NCBI GenBank assembly: GCA_951406725.2
Contig: OX597816.1
Span: forward strand, 10,106,001-10,170,000
DNA length: 64,000 bases
Source of the DNA: Octopus vulgaris
Lineage: Eukaryota
Direction of reading: 5' to 3'
Part shown: positions 63,827 to 64,000 of the stretch, in pieces
How positions within the stretch are numbered: the first letter of the stretch is position 1
Layout: each line of letters starts with the position of its first letter
Notes under the pieces: model-generated
The model's database searches: none
What the model saw: only the letters and a program-made list of their open reading frames with translations
What the model was told of the DNA's origin: nothing
Made by a program: the position numbers and the translations under genes

Positions 63827-64000
63827 TGAAGTATATCAGTATGTATGTGCACAAGTCTACCTTTTTTTTTTCGTATTAAATTCCGATATACTCACAATCT
63901 ACACATTTTGAAAAGTATTTGTGGGATGTAAACAGTGTCAGTCTGAAAGCTAAAATAAGTGTATAGAAATTTTGTCTTTTGAGCAAACTTTTGTAAAGAA

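Overview
AT-rich eukaryotic DNA, almost certainly animal and most likely octopus/cephalopod (inferred from the very dense (TA)n/(CA)n/(ATG)n microsatellites and the repeat families). There is no intact long protein-coding gene; most ORFs in the track are microsatellite or SINE translations. The window is dominated by retroelements: about 20 RTE-type LINE 3' ends, several tRNA-headed SINE families, and fragments of RTE, CR1, Tx1 and R4/Dong-like LINEs. It also holds a decayed full-length mariner, a mariner MITE, a hAT-like MITE and TTAA/piggyBac-type MITEs. The leads most worth following are: (1) a + strand series of short frame-preserving exon candidates that all fit phase 2, suggesting an alternatively spliced region of a large unidentified host gene; (2) several short repeat families with degenerate minimal hammerhead-ribozyme folds, one with a shared non-canonical core; (3) SINE trimers each bounded by a single target-site duplication; (4) a young Tx1-like LINE in a (TCTA)n array; (5) head/tail shuffling among SINE families; (6) a roughly 300-bp near-perfect palindrome. 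Family names come from recalled motifs, not database searches.
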